A stretch of DNA of 64,000 nucleotides from Gnetum montanum (lineage: Eukaryota > Plantae > Gnetophyta): the NCBI GenBank assembly GCA_015680685.1, contig MNCI01001305.1, forward strand, positions 93,887-157,886, written 5' to 3'. Below are positions 25,331-37,299 of the stretch, in pieces (positions within the stretch are counted from its first letter, which is position 1; each line of letters opens with the position of its first letter). A program made the translations under genes and the position numbers. The notes under the pieces are model-generated. The model searched no databases. It saw only the letters and a program-made list of their open reading frames with translations, and had not been told where the DNA came from.

Positions 25331-25892
25331 AAAAACCCCTAGAGAATGGTTCCCCACTATCTTATTGGTATAATAGGACTAAATAATCGTTAAGTCCTTT
25401 TCCCTTCGAAAGTTCATAGCATTGTTCTAGCTATTGATCTCGTAGGCATTATGCTTTGGTGGGATGATAATACCTGGCATCAAACTCTTCCATGATATGT
25501 TTTCCATGGTGGTCTTAAAGACCACATCATGCAAGCATTTAATAAAGCATTGCAAGAGTAGGACAATTAGGTAGTAACACAATGTTACCCTCCATGACAC
25601 ACTACTGCAACTATTCATCTTGGTGTAGGATGAAGGTGAAGTTTGATACATACTCATCAAGATGAGTATATGTAATTCAATACTATTGAGGCTTTGATGG
25701 ATGAGTGTTATCAAGCTTGGGTGGAGAAGAACTCTTGTGAGAAGAAGACATTTTTAGTTAGTAAAATAAAAATCACAGTGTGCTCTAAGAATTTGTTGTA
25801 GTAATTGTAAAATAAGACATGACTCTCAAGCTCATTCCAACAATTTAAATACTTTCACAAGGTCCTAGATAGTGCACAAAACAATAAAAAGG

Positions 25893-25910
25893 TCCTTGGT
25901 AATGGTGCCA
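25893..25910 (-). promoter_or_regulatory. PBS of element E (tRNA-Asp type, Athila-like)
   Basis: Minus-strand TGGCACCATTACCAAGGA is a G-to-A-decayed TGGCGCCGTTGCCGGGGA, 1 nt after the LTR end ...TCATCA. Confidence 0.75.
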
Positions 25911-25911
25911 A

Positions 25912-26088
25912 TGATGAGTAGCAAGGTACCCCTATGCCCAACCATATGAATCACTAAGAAGTTACACACAATCTGGTCAAATTCCTTGGACCTATAGTTA
26001 TCTCATACACTAGTTCCTCTAGGAAGTCAAATGGCATTGAGAATGTTCATTGTCTTCCCAACTACACTTCTGAGGCTCAAGGGTATGG
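25912..26088 (-). repeat. 3' part of the element E 5' LTR
   Basis: Starts TGATGAG next to the PBS and is cut by B at TSD TATGG. Confidence 0.7.
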
Positions 26089-27568
26089 TGAAACACCATA
26101 AAAATTTGAGATCCTCTTGCTTCACCAAGGTCTTGGAATTTAGGAAAGGATTTCCACAAGTGTAGTGTCATGATAGTTCAGTAGGAAAATGTACGCACTG
26201 AGGTTAGACTATTCAGTTCGGCAAGTTTTCTACCTCTAGAGCTGACAGGCCCGATGGACTCTCTGGCCTGCCCACCTGGACAATTCACCCAGTTGATAGT
26301 TTAATCAAAAATTATGCTAGGAGTTGTTGGCAGTGTTTAGGATGGACAAAATAGTTTGGCAAATTTTCTAGTGGATAAGTCTGCTATGCTACGCTACGTT
26401 GCATAGCTTAGCAAGCATTCAAAAAATCAATCAAGTGTCTGAATACAATTTTTGGCAAGATGTTAGCGTAGGGCAAAGTCAGAATCCAGCCAATACAGGG
26501 TGCTACACTATATAGCGTAGCACAATGTAGCAAGGGTAGAACAAGCAAATTTTTCTCTTGAAACCCCGCAGTTTTGACAAAAATGCAAGTTACATTAGCT
26601 ACTACGCAAATCAATAAAATTTCCCAAACGTTAACTTGACATGCGCCAAGGCTTTCAGCAAATGCTGTTGACTCCAATGCAAGTTTTCTATTCAAACCGA
26701 TGGCTACGCTACGCTAATGTGCTACACTTCATAGTGTAGCATAGCATAGCAAGTGGCTACGCTACTTCAATGTGCTTCATATCTCGCTTGCATTGTTACC
26801 ACACCAGATTCCAACATGTGCATTTTTGATAACATGGTTGTAGCATAGCAAGTTCACAATCGATTTTTCACATCTACGTAGTATAGGCACACTAGCATCT
26901 CATGGGTTCAGGACATGTGGCACTCAAGCCTAATTACTCGCCTACTCCTGGCCCTATAAATACCCTGACAAACAACACTCAAAGGTTTGGTAATTTGAGT
27001 TGGCAATTTGGGTTGGCTTTTTGCATTGGCATTTTTGTGCGTTGGCTTTTTTTTGCGGTTGGCTTTCAACTTAAGGAATTGGCATTTTGTATTAGCAAGA
27101 GCAGTTGGCTTGTTGGAATTTTGCACTGTTAGCTTTCAAGTTCTCACTCAAAAGCATAGTTGGCACATTTTGAGCATTTTGGTCACTCTTGAACTCTCTA
27201 TGCACTATCAGCGTTGTATAACTTGTTATACATTTTCAATCAAGGAAAAGAATTGAACCTGTGACTTTGCGAAAGTGCATTTTCTTACCCCAGTTTATTC
27301 TCTTATCTCTTCATTATTATCATTTTTTGGCATTATTTTCTTCATTCTTACATTTATTTATTATCAGTTTTACCTCATCTATTTTGCATTTAAAATAATG
27401 TTCATGTAAGGTTAAGTTACACTGATTAAGTTCCTATCTGATCATCCATACCATTCAGGTTGCCCTACTTCTATTTTATCCAGCACAGCCCTCACACAGA
27501 TCTAGGGTTAAATTGTTCACCCAGCAACCTCTCGATGTTTCTAGTCACTAACATTTTCGGTCGCTATA
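26089..27568 (+). repeat. 5' LTR of element B (~1480 bp)
   Basis: TGAAACACCATA...GGTCGCTATA; TATAAATA at 26955-26962. By eye, 24 mismatches in 160 nt versus the 3' LTR (26241-26400 vs 44460-44619), mostly transitions. Confidence 0.93.
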
Positions 27569-27573
27569 GTTTT

Positions 27574-27590
27574 TGGCACTAGAAGGAGGG
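27574..27590 (+). promoter_or_regulatory. PBS of element B
   Basis: TGGCACTAGAAGGAGGG 5 nt after the LTR end. Confidence 0.72.
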
Positions 27591-27705
27591 TCTTTTGGTG
27601 CCCCTTTTTGTGTCTCACGGGTAGTCCTACACGCTCTCTATACCCTATGACTTATCAGCGTAAACGTGACACCCTTACGATTGTTTACACAACATGTGGT
27701 ACAGG

Positions 27706-28670
27706 CTCTATCCCCCCACAAGCTATTCACCAATCCATCCCTACATCATACCATGCACCAATCACGGCTACCCTGCCTTACGTCCATACAATACCTACAT
27801 CGTAGTTGCATATAGTTTTCACATTCATTCTAGCATCTACACCTATTCCACCATTAGCAGTGAGCCTAGCCCCACCCACGTGGTGGACACCATTCACTTC
27901 CCCCCCTACTTCGCAACCTTCACAAATGTCCCACTACGCTCACCATCAAATGTACCAAGTCCTCAAATGGTACAACCAAGCTCGGGACTATGGTCTGCCC
28001 CACTGATCACACAAATGACTCATCCCATGGCACCACCAGCAGTTGCTACTCCAATAGCACTACCCACTAGGTGGTGGGTAGCATAAGCAGCACCCTTCGT
28101 AGGGGCTTCCCCAATAGCACTGCCTATGAGCTAGGCCACTGCCCCTACTACGCCACCAATTTTGGCTACCCCCACAACTCCCCAACCATCTACATTACCC
28201 CTAGGTGAATGTAGATGCAAAGGAAGATGCCCAAGTTTATCATGGTGGAGGAGATGCCTGAGTTTAACCTGATCCTCGAGAGGTCGTGGTTAACCCAACT
28301 TAGGACCGTCTCTTCACCCATACATCAAGAAATCCATCTACCCTATGCAGGCAGGGAGGTGGTGATCCACGATGATGAGGTGGCAACACAAGTAATAAAC
28401 AACGTAGATATGGAACAGGGTTCGGAGGTCATCACCTCTGAGAACGAGACGCTTGTCTCCATCGACATTAACTGTTTGACAAAAGAGCTAGCCCAACATG
28501 CTAACTCAAAAAATGAAACTATGTGGGTTGAGTTACCTTTTGAAGCGGAAGACAATGATGTAGAAGAATCCCACAATAAAGCCTCTTAGCCTTATGTCTC
28601 ACCAAATCCACGATGGATTAGAAAGAAGTTGTGTATAGCATAGAAACTCCACTGCTTCCTACCTGGTTAA
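27706..28670 (+). pseudogene. Element B gag Pro-rich fragment fused by deletion to the protease C-terminus
   Basis: 27706-28206 aligns with C 18580-19080, then jumps to EFNLILERSWLTQLRTVSSPIHQEIHL. The frame ends ...CFLPG TAA at 28668-28670. Confidence 0.82.
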
Positions 28671-28779
28671 CATTCATTGTACATTTATTTATTGTTTGCT
28701 TCACATTCATTCATCTATGCAAGGTGCCTAATTTATTCTTTTAAACCGTTTGCATATCGTCCTTTTACATTACGTCATA

Positions 28780-29092
28780 GCCTGCTAAGGCCTAAAACTG
28801 GCAAAAATCCTTCATTTACATTATACCACTATGGCTCACTAAGGCCTAAAACTAGCAAAATTTTCCATTTACATTACATCCCGACCTACTGAGGCCTAAA
28901 ACTGAAAAACTTCTTTACCCCACGTATCCACGATGACCCGAAATGGCCTAAAACTAGCAATGGCCCGAAACAGCCTTAAACTACCACTATAGCCCACCAA
29001 GGCCTAAAACTGGCTATTTGAAAACACAAATAATAAAAAAGAAAATTATTTTGTTAATCACCTAACAATGGTCTGAAATGGCCCAAAACTAA
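28780..29092 (+). repeat. Tandem array after the gag-PR stop in B
   Basis: Seven or more ggcctaaaact(a/g)gc units with 30-55-bp spacing. Confidence 0.8.
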
Positions 29093-29234
29093 AACATAAA
29101 AAAGATAAAAACAAATAATGTAGACAATACATAAGCCAGAATAAAGCAAATCTTGTCATAATTCATTTTCCATTTCAAGTCTCAATTAAATAATGTTTCC
29201 AATAGTCTTTCAAAAATACAAATAAGAGCCCTTG

Positions 29235-32200
29235 CTATCATGCATCGTCTTCCTCTACATCATCTTCCTCTGCATCATTATTCTCGCCCTCAGAAGGCCT
29301 TACTTCTTCATCTAGATTCTGTATCATAGAAAATGAAGTAGTTAGCTATAGTCATAATAAAAGCTAGAACGAAATAAATTGTTGCACCGCAAGAAAGTGA
29401 CTAACCCGAGATGGCCCAGCATCTATCTCAAGGGATATGTGATCCAAGCTGATCCCGAAGTGTTTCTAGACCTCCTCTTCAGTGATGTCCACCCAGTGCC
29501 TATCTCCCAAGTCAGCATCTGCTGCAACTTTCTCCTTTTGAACAGCTGTCCATCTTGGTGGTCTTAGAGAAAAGGAGGTAGTGGTAGTCTCACCCATAGG
29601 GAAACTCACTTCCCATTCAGGGGATTCACTGACCATCACTTGTTGCATGAACTTTTCGTAAGCCACAGAAGTGCCAATGACATCTAGGAACACTTCATGA
29701 GTATACAACTTAATAGAAGCATCCCAATACTATTTACGATAGGTGGCATATTTCATTTTATACATATGCTTGTGGTTTTTCTGGGACTACCCCCACTCAT
29801 AAACTCTTGCGCTATAATCTTTCTAATCTTGGTTCTTCTAGGCCAACAAGTCCATTTGCATTTGATACTCAATTATTTTGCACATGGCCTCGTTTTTGTG
29901 CTGCACGGTCGTCAAATATCTTGCATAATAAATGATAGTCATGTGCTAACTGCCATCATTGATATCCCAGGCTAGAAGGAACTCATTCCTGGAGTGGAGG
30001 TCTCCCATCTCGATGGTCAGATTGGCCTTCTCCTTCTTAAGCTTTTGGACTCATTTCCACAGGTCTTCGTTTACATGCATGCACTCCCATAGGGAGCATG
30101 CCAAGTACAATGCACATTTGCTACCCTCGTCATATATGTGACAAGGTACTTTGGTCACTTCCAATGGGAATAGAGACATGACGTCAACCTTGACTGCTTC
30201 TTTCGGGTCCCACTTGAGATGAGAGGCTATCGACCACACACAAAAACACATTAGTCATAGTAGCATAGCAAAGTTTAGCAATCCAAAAGGCCTAGCATAG
30301 CATTTAAAAAGCCTATCGTAGCTACTTCACTCACCCACTTCTGGATCAATCTTCCTTAGATGGTTGATCATGTTGTCGACCACCCCATACATGAACGAAA
30401 ACTTATCAGGGCCCATGATCGTAAGAAAATCGAAGAAAGGCCTGTAGTGTCAACAGCGGTGTCTGCCACATAACAAAATATGTTAGTTATGACCAAGAGG
30501 ATTACAATAAAGCTGATGAGTAACGCGAATGATAGTGTAAAGGATCCTACCAAGCAAACCCTCAGGGGTGATAGTAGGGGGGTCGCCCATCGACATACTA
30601 TCGAATATGCAATCAAACTCACTAGCATCTATTTGTAGCTCCCCTTCTTCTTGCTGACTCAGCAACATGGCAGTGCCCTCTATGTTCATCTGCTCCTCTG
30701 GCACTAAACTACATTTAGCAAAGGGATCATCGGTAGAGGTCCCTTCCTAGTTGACATCAGCCTCTTCTTTATTCGCTGGGTCCCTTCTTTCTGTGGCACC
30801 AGCATTATCCTTATCCACAAGAGTGTCCTCCTCATTAGCAAGGGAGTCCTCCTCATCAACAAAAATGTTCTCCTCATCAGCAGGAGCATTTTCCTCATCA
30901 ATGGGAGCCCCTCCCTTTGCAACAGGAGCTCCTTCTTTCTTGACTAGGGCCCTTTCCTCTATGGCCAAGGCCCCCGCATCTTTATTAGTTGCCCCCATTT
31001 CGAGGGCTATCACCTCTTCTCCACCTTCTTCTTCTTCTTCTTCCTTTTGTAGCAAAGCGTGTTCACATTAGGCAAAAGTAGACTAACTCGAAACAAATGT
31101 TACATTGTGCTACGCTACCTAGCATAGCACAGTATAGCAAGCATTAACCAAACAAATGAAGAAACAAATAAAAAGAAAAAGCATTTACCAATGGGAGGCT
31201 ATTGTTGGCGACCATTTGGGATGCGACCGCCAACGAGTGTCCTCGAACAGGATTTAGGTGCCTGCTAGTCTCTGGCAACACCAAGGCCCAGATACCTCCA
31301 AATAAACTCAGTAGTTAATGTGCGTATGTGTGTATGTTGTTGCAGCATGCGGTTGTGAAAAATGAAACGATTGCATTATGTGTAAACTATAGATGATTTA
31401 TCTTAAAGAGATTCAGCCAACTTTGCCAAGTACTGTGAGTTGTTGAGAGTTCCTATTTTGTTCAATTGCCTAGTCTACGTAGTCCTTATAATACCTACTT
31501 GTAACAAATAGAATTTTGTAAAAAAATTTTAAGCACAACTATGTGAATCTACTTCTAATTTTCCCCAGAGAAAGAGATATTTCCACAAGAAAACTAGAAA
31601 TAAAGCAAGATTCAATGGAAATAGACAGAAAAGAAAGTAGATTTGTGTTAGCTTCAAATATTTAAACAAGGTAAAATGACATGAGTAAATAATTCGCAAT
31701 AAAGCTATCCCAAATTCAATAACTACGAATTGTTCAAACTTCCAAGGCTCAAATAAGCAATTTCTTCAAGACAATCCTACTATGCTACCAAAAAATTGCT
31801 GTGTAAACTACCACGTACGAGACTCCATTTTGGCTAGATAATGGACGTCAACTATTGCATTCAACAGAACCTTCAAAAGACTTGACAATTTCTGATCGAA
31901 ATACCACAGAGATTCACTTTAAAGATAAAAATAAGCTATTTTAGTCCCATCAAAATACCAAAGATTTTCTAAACCCTCTTGACTATTGAATCATTCAATG
32001 GCATGACTACAAATAGAGGCTCTCTTACAACAATCTCAAAAGCAGTTCTTATACGTTGCAAAATAATAAAATTTACTACTAAAATGCTCTTAAGGCTTTT
32101 AAAAACAAGTGCTTCTATGGCAAAATTTTAACAGAAATTTCTATTAGGGNTAAAGTATGATGTCTTGACCCCCCCTCCCCCCCTCCTTGAGACCCCAATG

Positions 32201-35200
32201 TCTTCTCTTTTTATAGGGTTCAAAGGTGTTACATACTTAAAATATCTTAGCTAACTTCTCTCCCAAGTAAGGGAGTTACAACTTACCCATGTAGTTAGGA
32301 GATATTTCTCACTAATTTAATTGGGAAGTTAAGTAGTTAGGAAGTTGTACATAAAGTTAGGAGGAATTTATGCTACCACTAATATTTGTAAATATTACAA
32401 ATATAATATTACAAATATAATAACATTAATATTACAATTATGTTATGGGTAGTAATAATGTTTGAAAAATAATGTAAAACCAGGGCCTCATGCTATTAGC
32501 ATATGTGACATTGTGTCATTGCTGAATTAAATTAATCACCACACCATTTAAAATTTTATTTTTGATGAACTACAACTCTGATTTACCAACATTGGCCCAA
32601 AATATCTCTTGACACCTGTCTTAGTGTGCCTTTGTGTCTTTGTTGTTGGGTTTTGTGGACTAGTATTCAATATTGAATGCTTCGGCATTGAGCATGGCTG
32701 TTGTTTCGGATTGTAGGTTCCAGGGGCAAACGACATTTGTGATTGCCATTTTTCACCGCCTAAAAAAATTTGAAATGCGTTCTTTGTGAAAGCCCAGGCT
32801 TGTTTGGTGAGGTTGCAGGTGGATTATTTTCCAGAAAATGTTTTGAGCCATGGAAGGCTCCTTTTTGAAACACCGGTCATAGGAAATGGTAAGGTAAGTT
32901 GCGAAACAACCCTACAACTGCCCAAAAATCCTTCTGTGCAGTGCGCACCTTGCAGTTCCATGATGGCATTGAAGGCACATAGGTCTGAAACAGAAACCTG
33001 AAACTGAAGATTTCGTTACTGAAATTAAAGGAACTGTTGTCGTGAAGCTCTGATGGGCAGCAAAAACCTTAGGGGCTCCTCCTATTGTGGGAGAGTTTTT
33101 TCTTTATTACGGCGAGGGTTTGGGTCATTGCACTAACAAGAACCACACCATTTCTTCCAGTGAGTTAAGAATGTGCAGCATCGCGGGACTGTGATTTCAG
33201 AGAAATTTTAGGGCCTTTTCCAATTCTGCATCACTTCATTTTTTCTCCCTTTGCATTTTGTTGCAAATCTGAAACCTTTCGCAATTTTGAGTGTCTGAAC
33301 CAGGGTTGCTATTTGAATGCGTTTCCAACAGAGAAAATTCAAAATGCAGGCTTGCATCGTTTACGAGATGATCTTTGTTTTTTTGGTTTTTTTCTTTTCA
33401 CTTCTTGCAACTTGTATCTTCTCCATGTTCGTGACTCTTACCCTTGGTATCCTTTGAAGCTCGAACCGACGTTTCTCCATATTAAAAATTTTGTTGTTTA
33501 TTCCTTCAAACCTTATCACCACCTCCTTGAGAGACTAAAAAGATGCTGCAGTAGTATACCCTCTCTCTTTCATTTAAAAACTATATTTTTGCACTATTAT
33601 ATGTAGTAACTAATTTAACATGATTATTCCTAGTATTCTTTGTTTTCCACACCAATATTCCATTTTGGGCCACCCCCTAGATTCCATACCAATGATATGA
33701 AATAACACATTCACATTCTCCTACTCTTACAATAATGTTCAAGATGAGTCTTACTATTACATGGAATGGCCAAATGTGCCAACAGGTATATTCTGTGAAG
33801 CTTGAACCATAGTTTCTACCCCCCTTCTTCGTTCGTATGGGGAGGCTCCTGAACTAGGTGAGACCTCTTGTGCTGCAACTTTGTGATCACCATCTCTACA
33901 ATGAGGCATTTCCCCTTTGATATGCTACCTGTAGTAGTAGGGGATGCCTCTCCTATGTTGTCTTAGCAATGAAAGTTGTGGGCCACCTAATCCCTAGTCG
34001 TCATTGAAAATGACTCCCCAATAGCTTCTGGGGGATCCTAGGATTGGGTGGTGCTAAAGACTTGGCAAATCCATGGTTTGAAAATCTGGTTATGATTTTG
34101 CATCACCCAAACTCCATTCTCACAAACTACCAATAATTCTACGAAGCACCGTAAGCAGGCTACAAAGAAGGCATGATGCACATTGAAATGGAATTCAGGC
34201 TTCTTATGAAGCTTGAAAATTTTAGCCTGCAGACCTTTGCAAAGATGTTTGACCCAATTGTAATGGGCCCCCTCTTCCATGACCTCTCTCATTACCCAAG
34301 CTTGCTCAATCCCAATGATTTTTCCTTGGGAGAGTAGCTTGTTGAAAGCACAGGCATGGAAGATGGGGTAAACCATTTTGGCCACTCTCAATGTAGCCAC
34401 TTCAATATGGATCCCCTTGCAACCCTTCTCCATCCCTAGCCACTCCTCAATGTCCCCCTAATGGTTTGCTTCCACTAGCATAGTTGGTCATTAACCTCCA
34501 CAGTTGGTCATTAACCTCCACGGTTGGTTGTTAACCTCAAGCACCACTAGCATACCGTGGACACATGTGCGGAAGCAATCTGCACTTTCAGAAAATGAGT
34601 CGGATAGGGAAAGCATCTTTGCAGTAGGGACACTTGGGTTGATGGCCAAGAACAACTCAATGAGCCCACCATCCTGAAGGTTGTTGACAAGTGATTTCGG
34701 TCACCTATTGTAGAGCCAGCATTGGGTCTTGTCCACCTTCCTATACTTCAAACAAATATTAGCCTTGTTATGCCTAGAGGTGATCACTGTCACCTCCTAG
34801 GATTTCTTATCTACTGTAGCAGTTTACAAAAAGAAAAAGTAAAAAGCTAAACAAAGCAAAAAAATAAAAGAAAAATAGGAATAACACTCAAACATGCAAA
34901 CATAAATTCACAATCTAGCGTACCAGGTTTGAACGACGACAAGAACGGTGGGAGATCCACTGACATGTCTTCAACGGTGATCAGCCTAAGGGATGTCCAA
35001 TCCCCATCCAACCAATCAAACTCCTCACACCTATTGTAAAACTGGGAGTATCAGGTTGGATAGGTTTTGTATTCACCCTCGAATTGGCCTATCACACTGG
35101 CACACATATTCCTAGCAGAGGAAAACTCCTGCAGTGCCATCTATGCCAAGGCCAAGGCATCAGTATCACCATGAAGCCCACTCTTATTGATGTAAAACCT

Positions 35201-36483
35201 GGTAACAAAAAGAGCACATACACTGTTAACATTTTTTGCCTAGCATAGCATGCATTGCATAACGTAGTGGAATATGTTTACAGAACTCACCCCCCGACAT
35301 AATAAATGGTTCTTGATGGGTTGTGAAAATAGGTTTGCATGTGGTGAGCAATGAAAAAAATTTTGTACAGGTGGTAGCAATTATATTTGAGCATTTCCTA
35401 GATCCAAGTCATATGCCTCAATTTTTTTGGACGTTGACTAGATCCTCCTGCCTGCTCACCCCCGATTGATCCATCGGTCAGAAATTTCAGAATACCCCGA
35501 TTTGCACCAGGCAACAAGGTTTCTATAATTGCAACTGCTACCTCCTCTGATAAGTGTGACCAAATGATCACACTAAAAGTGCTGGAGGAGGAATTGTAGG
35601 AAGTCCCACGCACGTTCCCGGAACCAGACCGCTTCTCGCTCCACACATGCATGGGGTGGAGGAACGTTGGCCACTGGTTCGCTTAGGCAGCACAAAACCC
35701 CTACAATTTCTAGGATAATCAAGATGGATCTTAACATCACCCTGCATAACATAATGGAAAAATTTAACATTATGTTCGAGTGGAGTTCGCATGTAGCTTA
35801 GCAAGATTAGCCGTTTGCAAATAGCGTAGTGTAACTCTTTCCTTGCATATAGCGTCACAAAACCATAATGGCAATAGCGTAGCAATGTGATATTGCTGAT
35901 GCATTGACCAAAAGGTCTCATAATACACTGGCCTAGCATAGCAACAAAAGAATTAAATATGAATTTTAAGCAAGAAATAATTTAATATGTTGCAATCATT
36001 TCAATAAATCTTGACATACAAAATGATTCACGCTATGTTGTGTTAGACATGTGTTACACTGTCAAATCTTACACATGGCCAAACCCTCCTGAGGGTTGTA
36101 CGCTATACTATTTGCATGCTAAGTTTTCAGAATCACCTAAACCTCTGTGGCGAGGTAGTCACAGTGATGGTGGCCTAGGTAATACTGCATACAACCTTAG
36201 CATAGCATCTGTACACCCGTCGTGGATGAATCAGAAATAGCAGCACTGTAATGGCCAAAATGACAACCAAAATAGTGACAAAAGATGCATATTTTCAAAA
36301 CAAAAAAAAAAGTAGAAACAACAACAGCAACATGGAAAAAAAAGATAGCGTAGAAACTTACCGGGCCAACAGAGTGTCCTCTCATACTGTGACGCACACC
36401 TATGATAGACGTTCCAAGGTGTCTTTCACCTCGTCTACCTTGGCAAGCACTAGGTATTTGCATTCTCTTTTAGATGCCATCAT
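29235..36483 (-). pseudogene. Antisense multi-exon accessory gene of element B (interrupted at ~31319-33761)
   Basis: Exon 1 36483-36362 (donor CG|gtaagt), exon 2 35741-35291, exon 3 35198-34924, exon 4 from 34813, acidic exon ~31055-30550, downstream exons to ~29235. Homologous to the A gene. Confidence 0.8.
31319..33761. other. Unclassified ~2.4-kb insertion in exon 4 of the B antisense gene
   Basis: No counterpart in A; homology resumes on both sides. No TSD found, so boundaries are approximate. Confidence 0.55.
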
Positions 36484-36612
36484 CTCGGTTGCAGATTCTT
36501 TCTTTTTCACTACGCTAAATCACCTTGCTCTTTGTCAGCACAACCACTCTACCCTCTAGATGTGGGTTTTGCACTTATGATGAAAATGATGAGTTTACCA
36601 AGGGTAAACCCC

Positions 36613-36620
36613 TATTTATA
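36613..36620 (-). promoter_or_regulatory. TATA box of the antisense gene in B
   Basis: Minus-strand ggcTATAAATAgggg, 130 nt upstream of the exon-1 ATG at 36483. Confidence 0.65.
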
Positions 36621-36761
36621 GCCAATGTGGTAAAAGGGAACTTGCCATTTTTGCACCCCGATTAATGTGGGACACACCGTACAGTGTAGCACTCCCACCA
36701 CAGCATAGCAGCACTATTTTCATCATAGCAGGTGGGCCCAACCAAAAATATCTTCCCACCT

Positions 36762-37205
36762 GAAACTAGCAACTTACTTTTGCAAGCACAACTCGTTATT
36801 GGTCTGTAAAGACCTTAAACTAATAGTTTTAACCTTTGCAACAATAACTTGTTTATGGTCTACAAAGACCTTAAACTGATAGTTTTAACCTTTGCAACAA
36901 TAACTTGTTTATCGTCTGCAAAGACCTAAACTAATACTTACCTTCACAAGCATAACTCGTTATTGATCTACAAAGACCTTAAACTAATAGTTCTTACCTT
37001 TGCAAGCATAACCCGTTAGCAGTCCGCAAAGACCTTAAACTAATAGTTTTTACTCTTACAAACCTAACCCATTAGCGGTCCACAAAGACCTTAAATTAAT
37101 AGTTACAACTCATGATTTGACAAAGTTACTGGTCCACAAAGACCTTAAACTAGCAGTTTCAAACTTCTGCATCCAAACAGTCTACTACGACCTTAAACTA
37201 GCAAA
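36762..37205 (+). repeat. ~55-bp tandem array upstream of RT in B
   Basis: gaccttaaactaatagtt units at 36811, 36867, 36923, 36975, 37031, 37087, 37141. Confidence 0.9.
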
Positions 37206-37299
37206 TTGCAAACTTTGTATCATAGTTGACAATTATTTAATGATTTCAAATTTAAACGTTGCTTTGCAACAATTTACTATGCACCATTACTATACATAG

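Noticed and set aside
24845-25331. Hydrophobic Met/Ile-rich ORFs (also 23474-23944, 30704-30922, 30751-31071) as membrane or env-like genes
   Set aside because: They are alternative-frame or antisense readings of low-complexity gag sequence or of the acidic linker of the accessory gene.
31500-32510. Solo LTR call
   Set aside because: TG...CA ends are present but the flanks (CTACT / TTGTG) are not a TSD and there is no second copy in the window.
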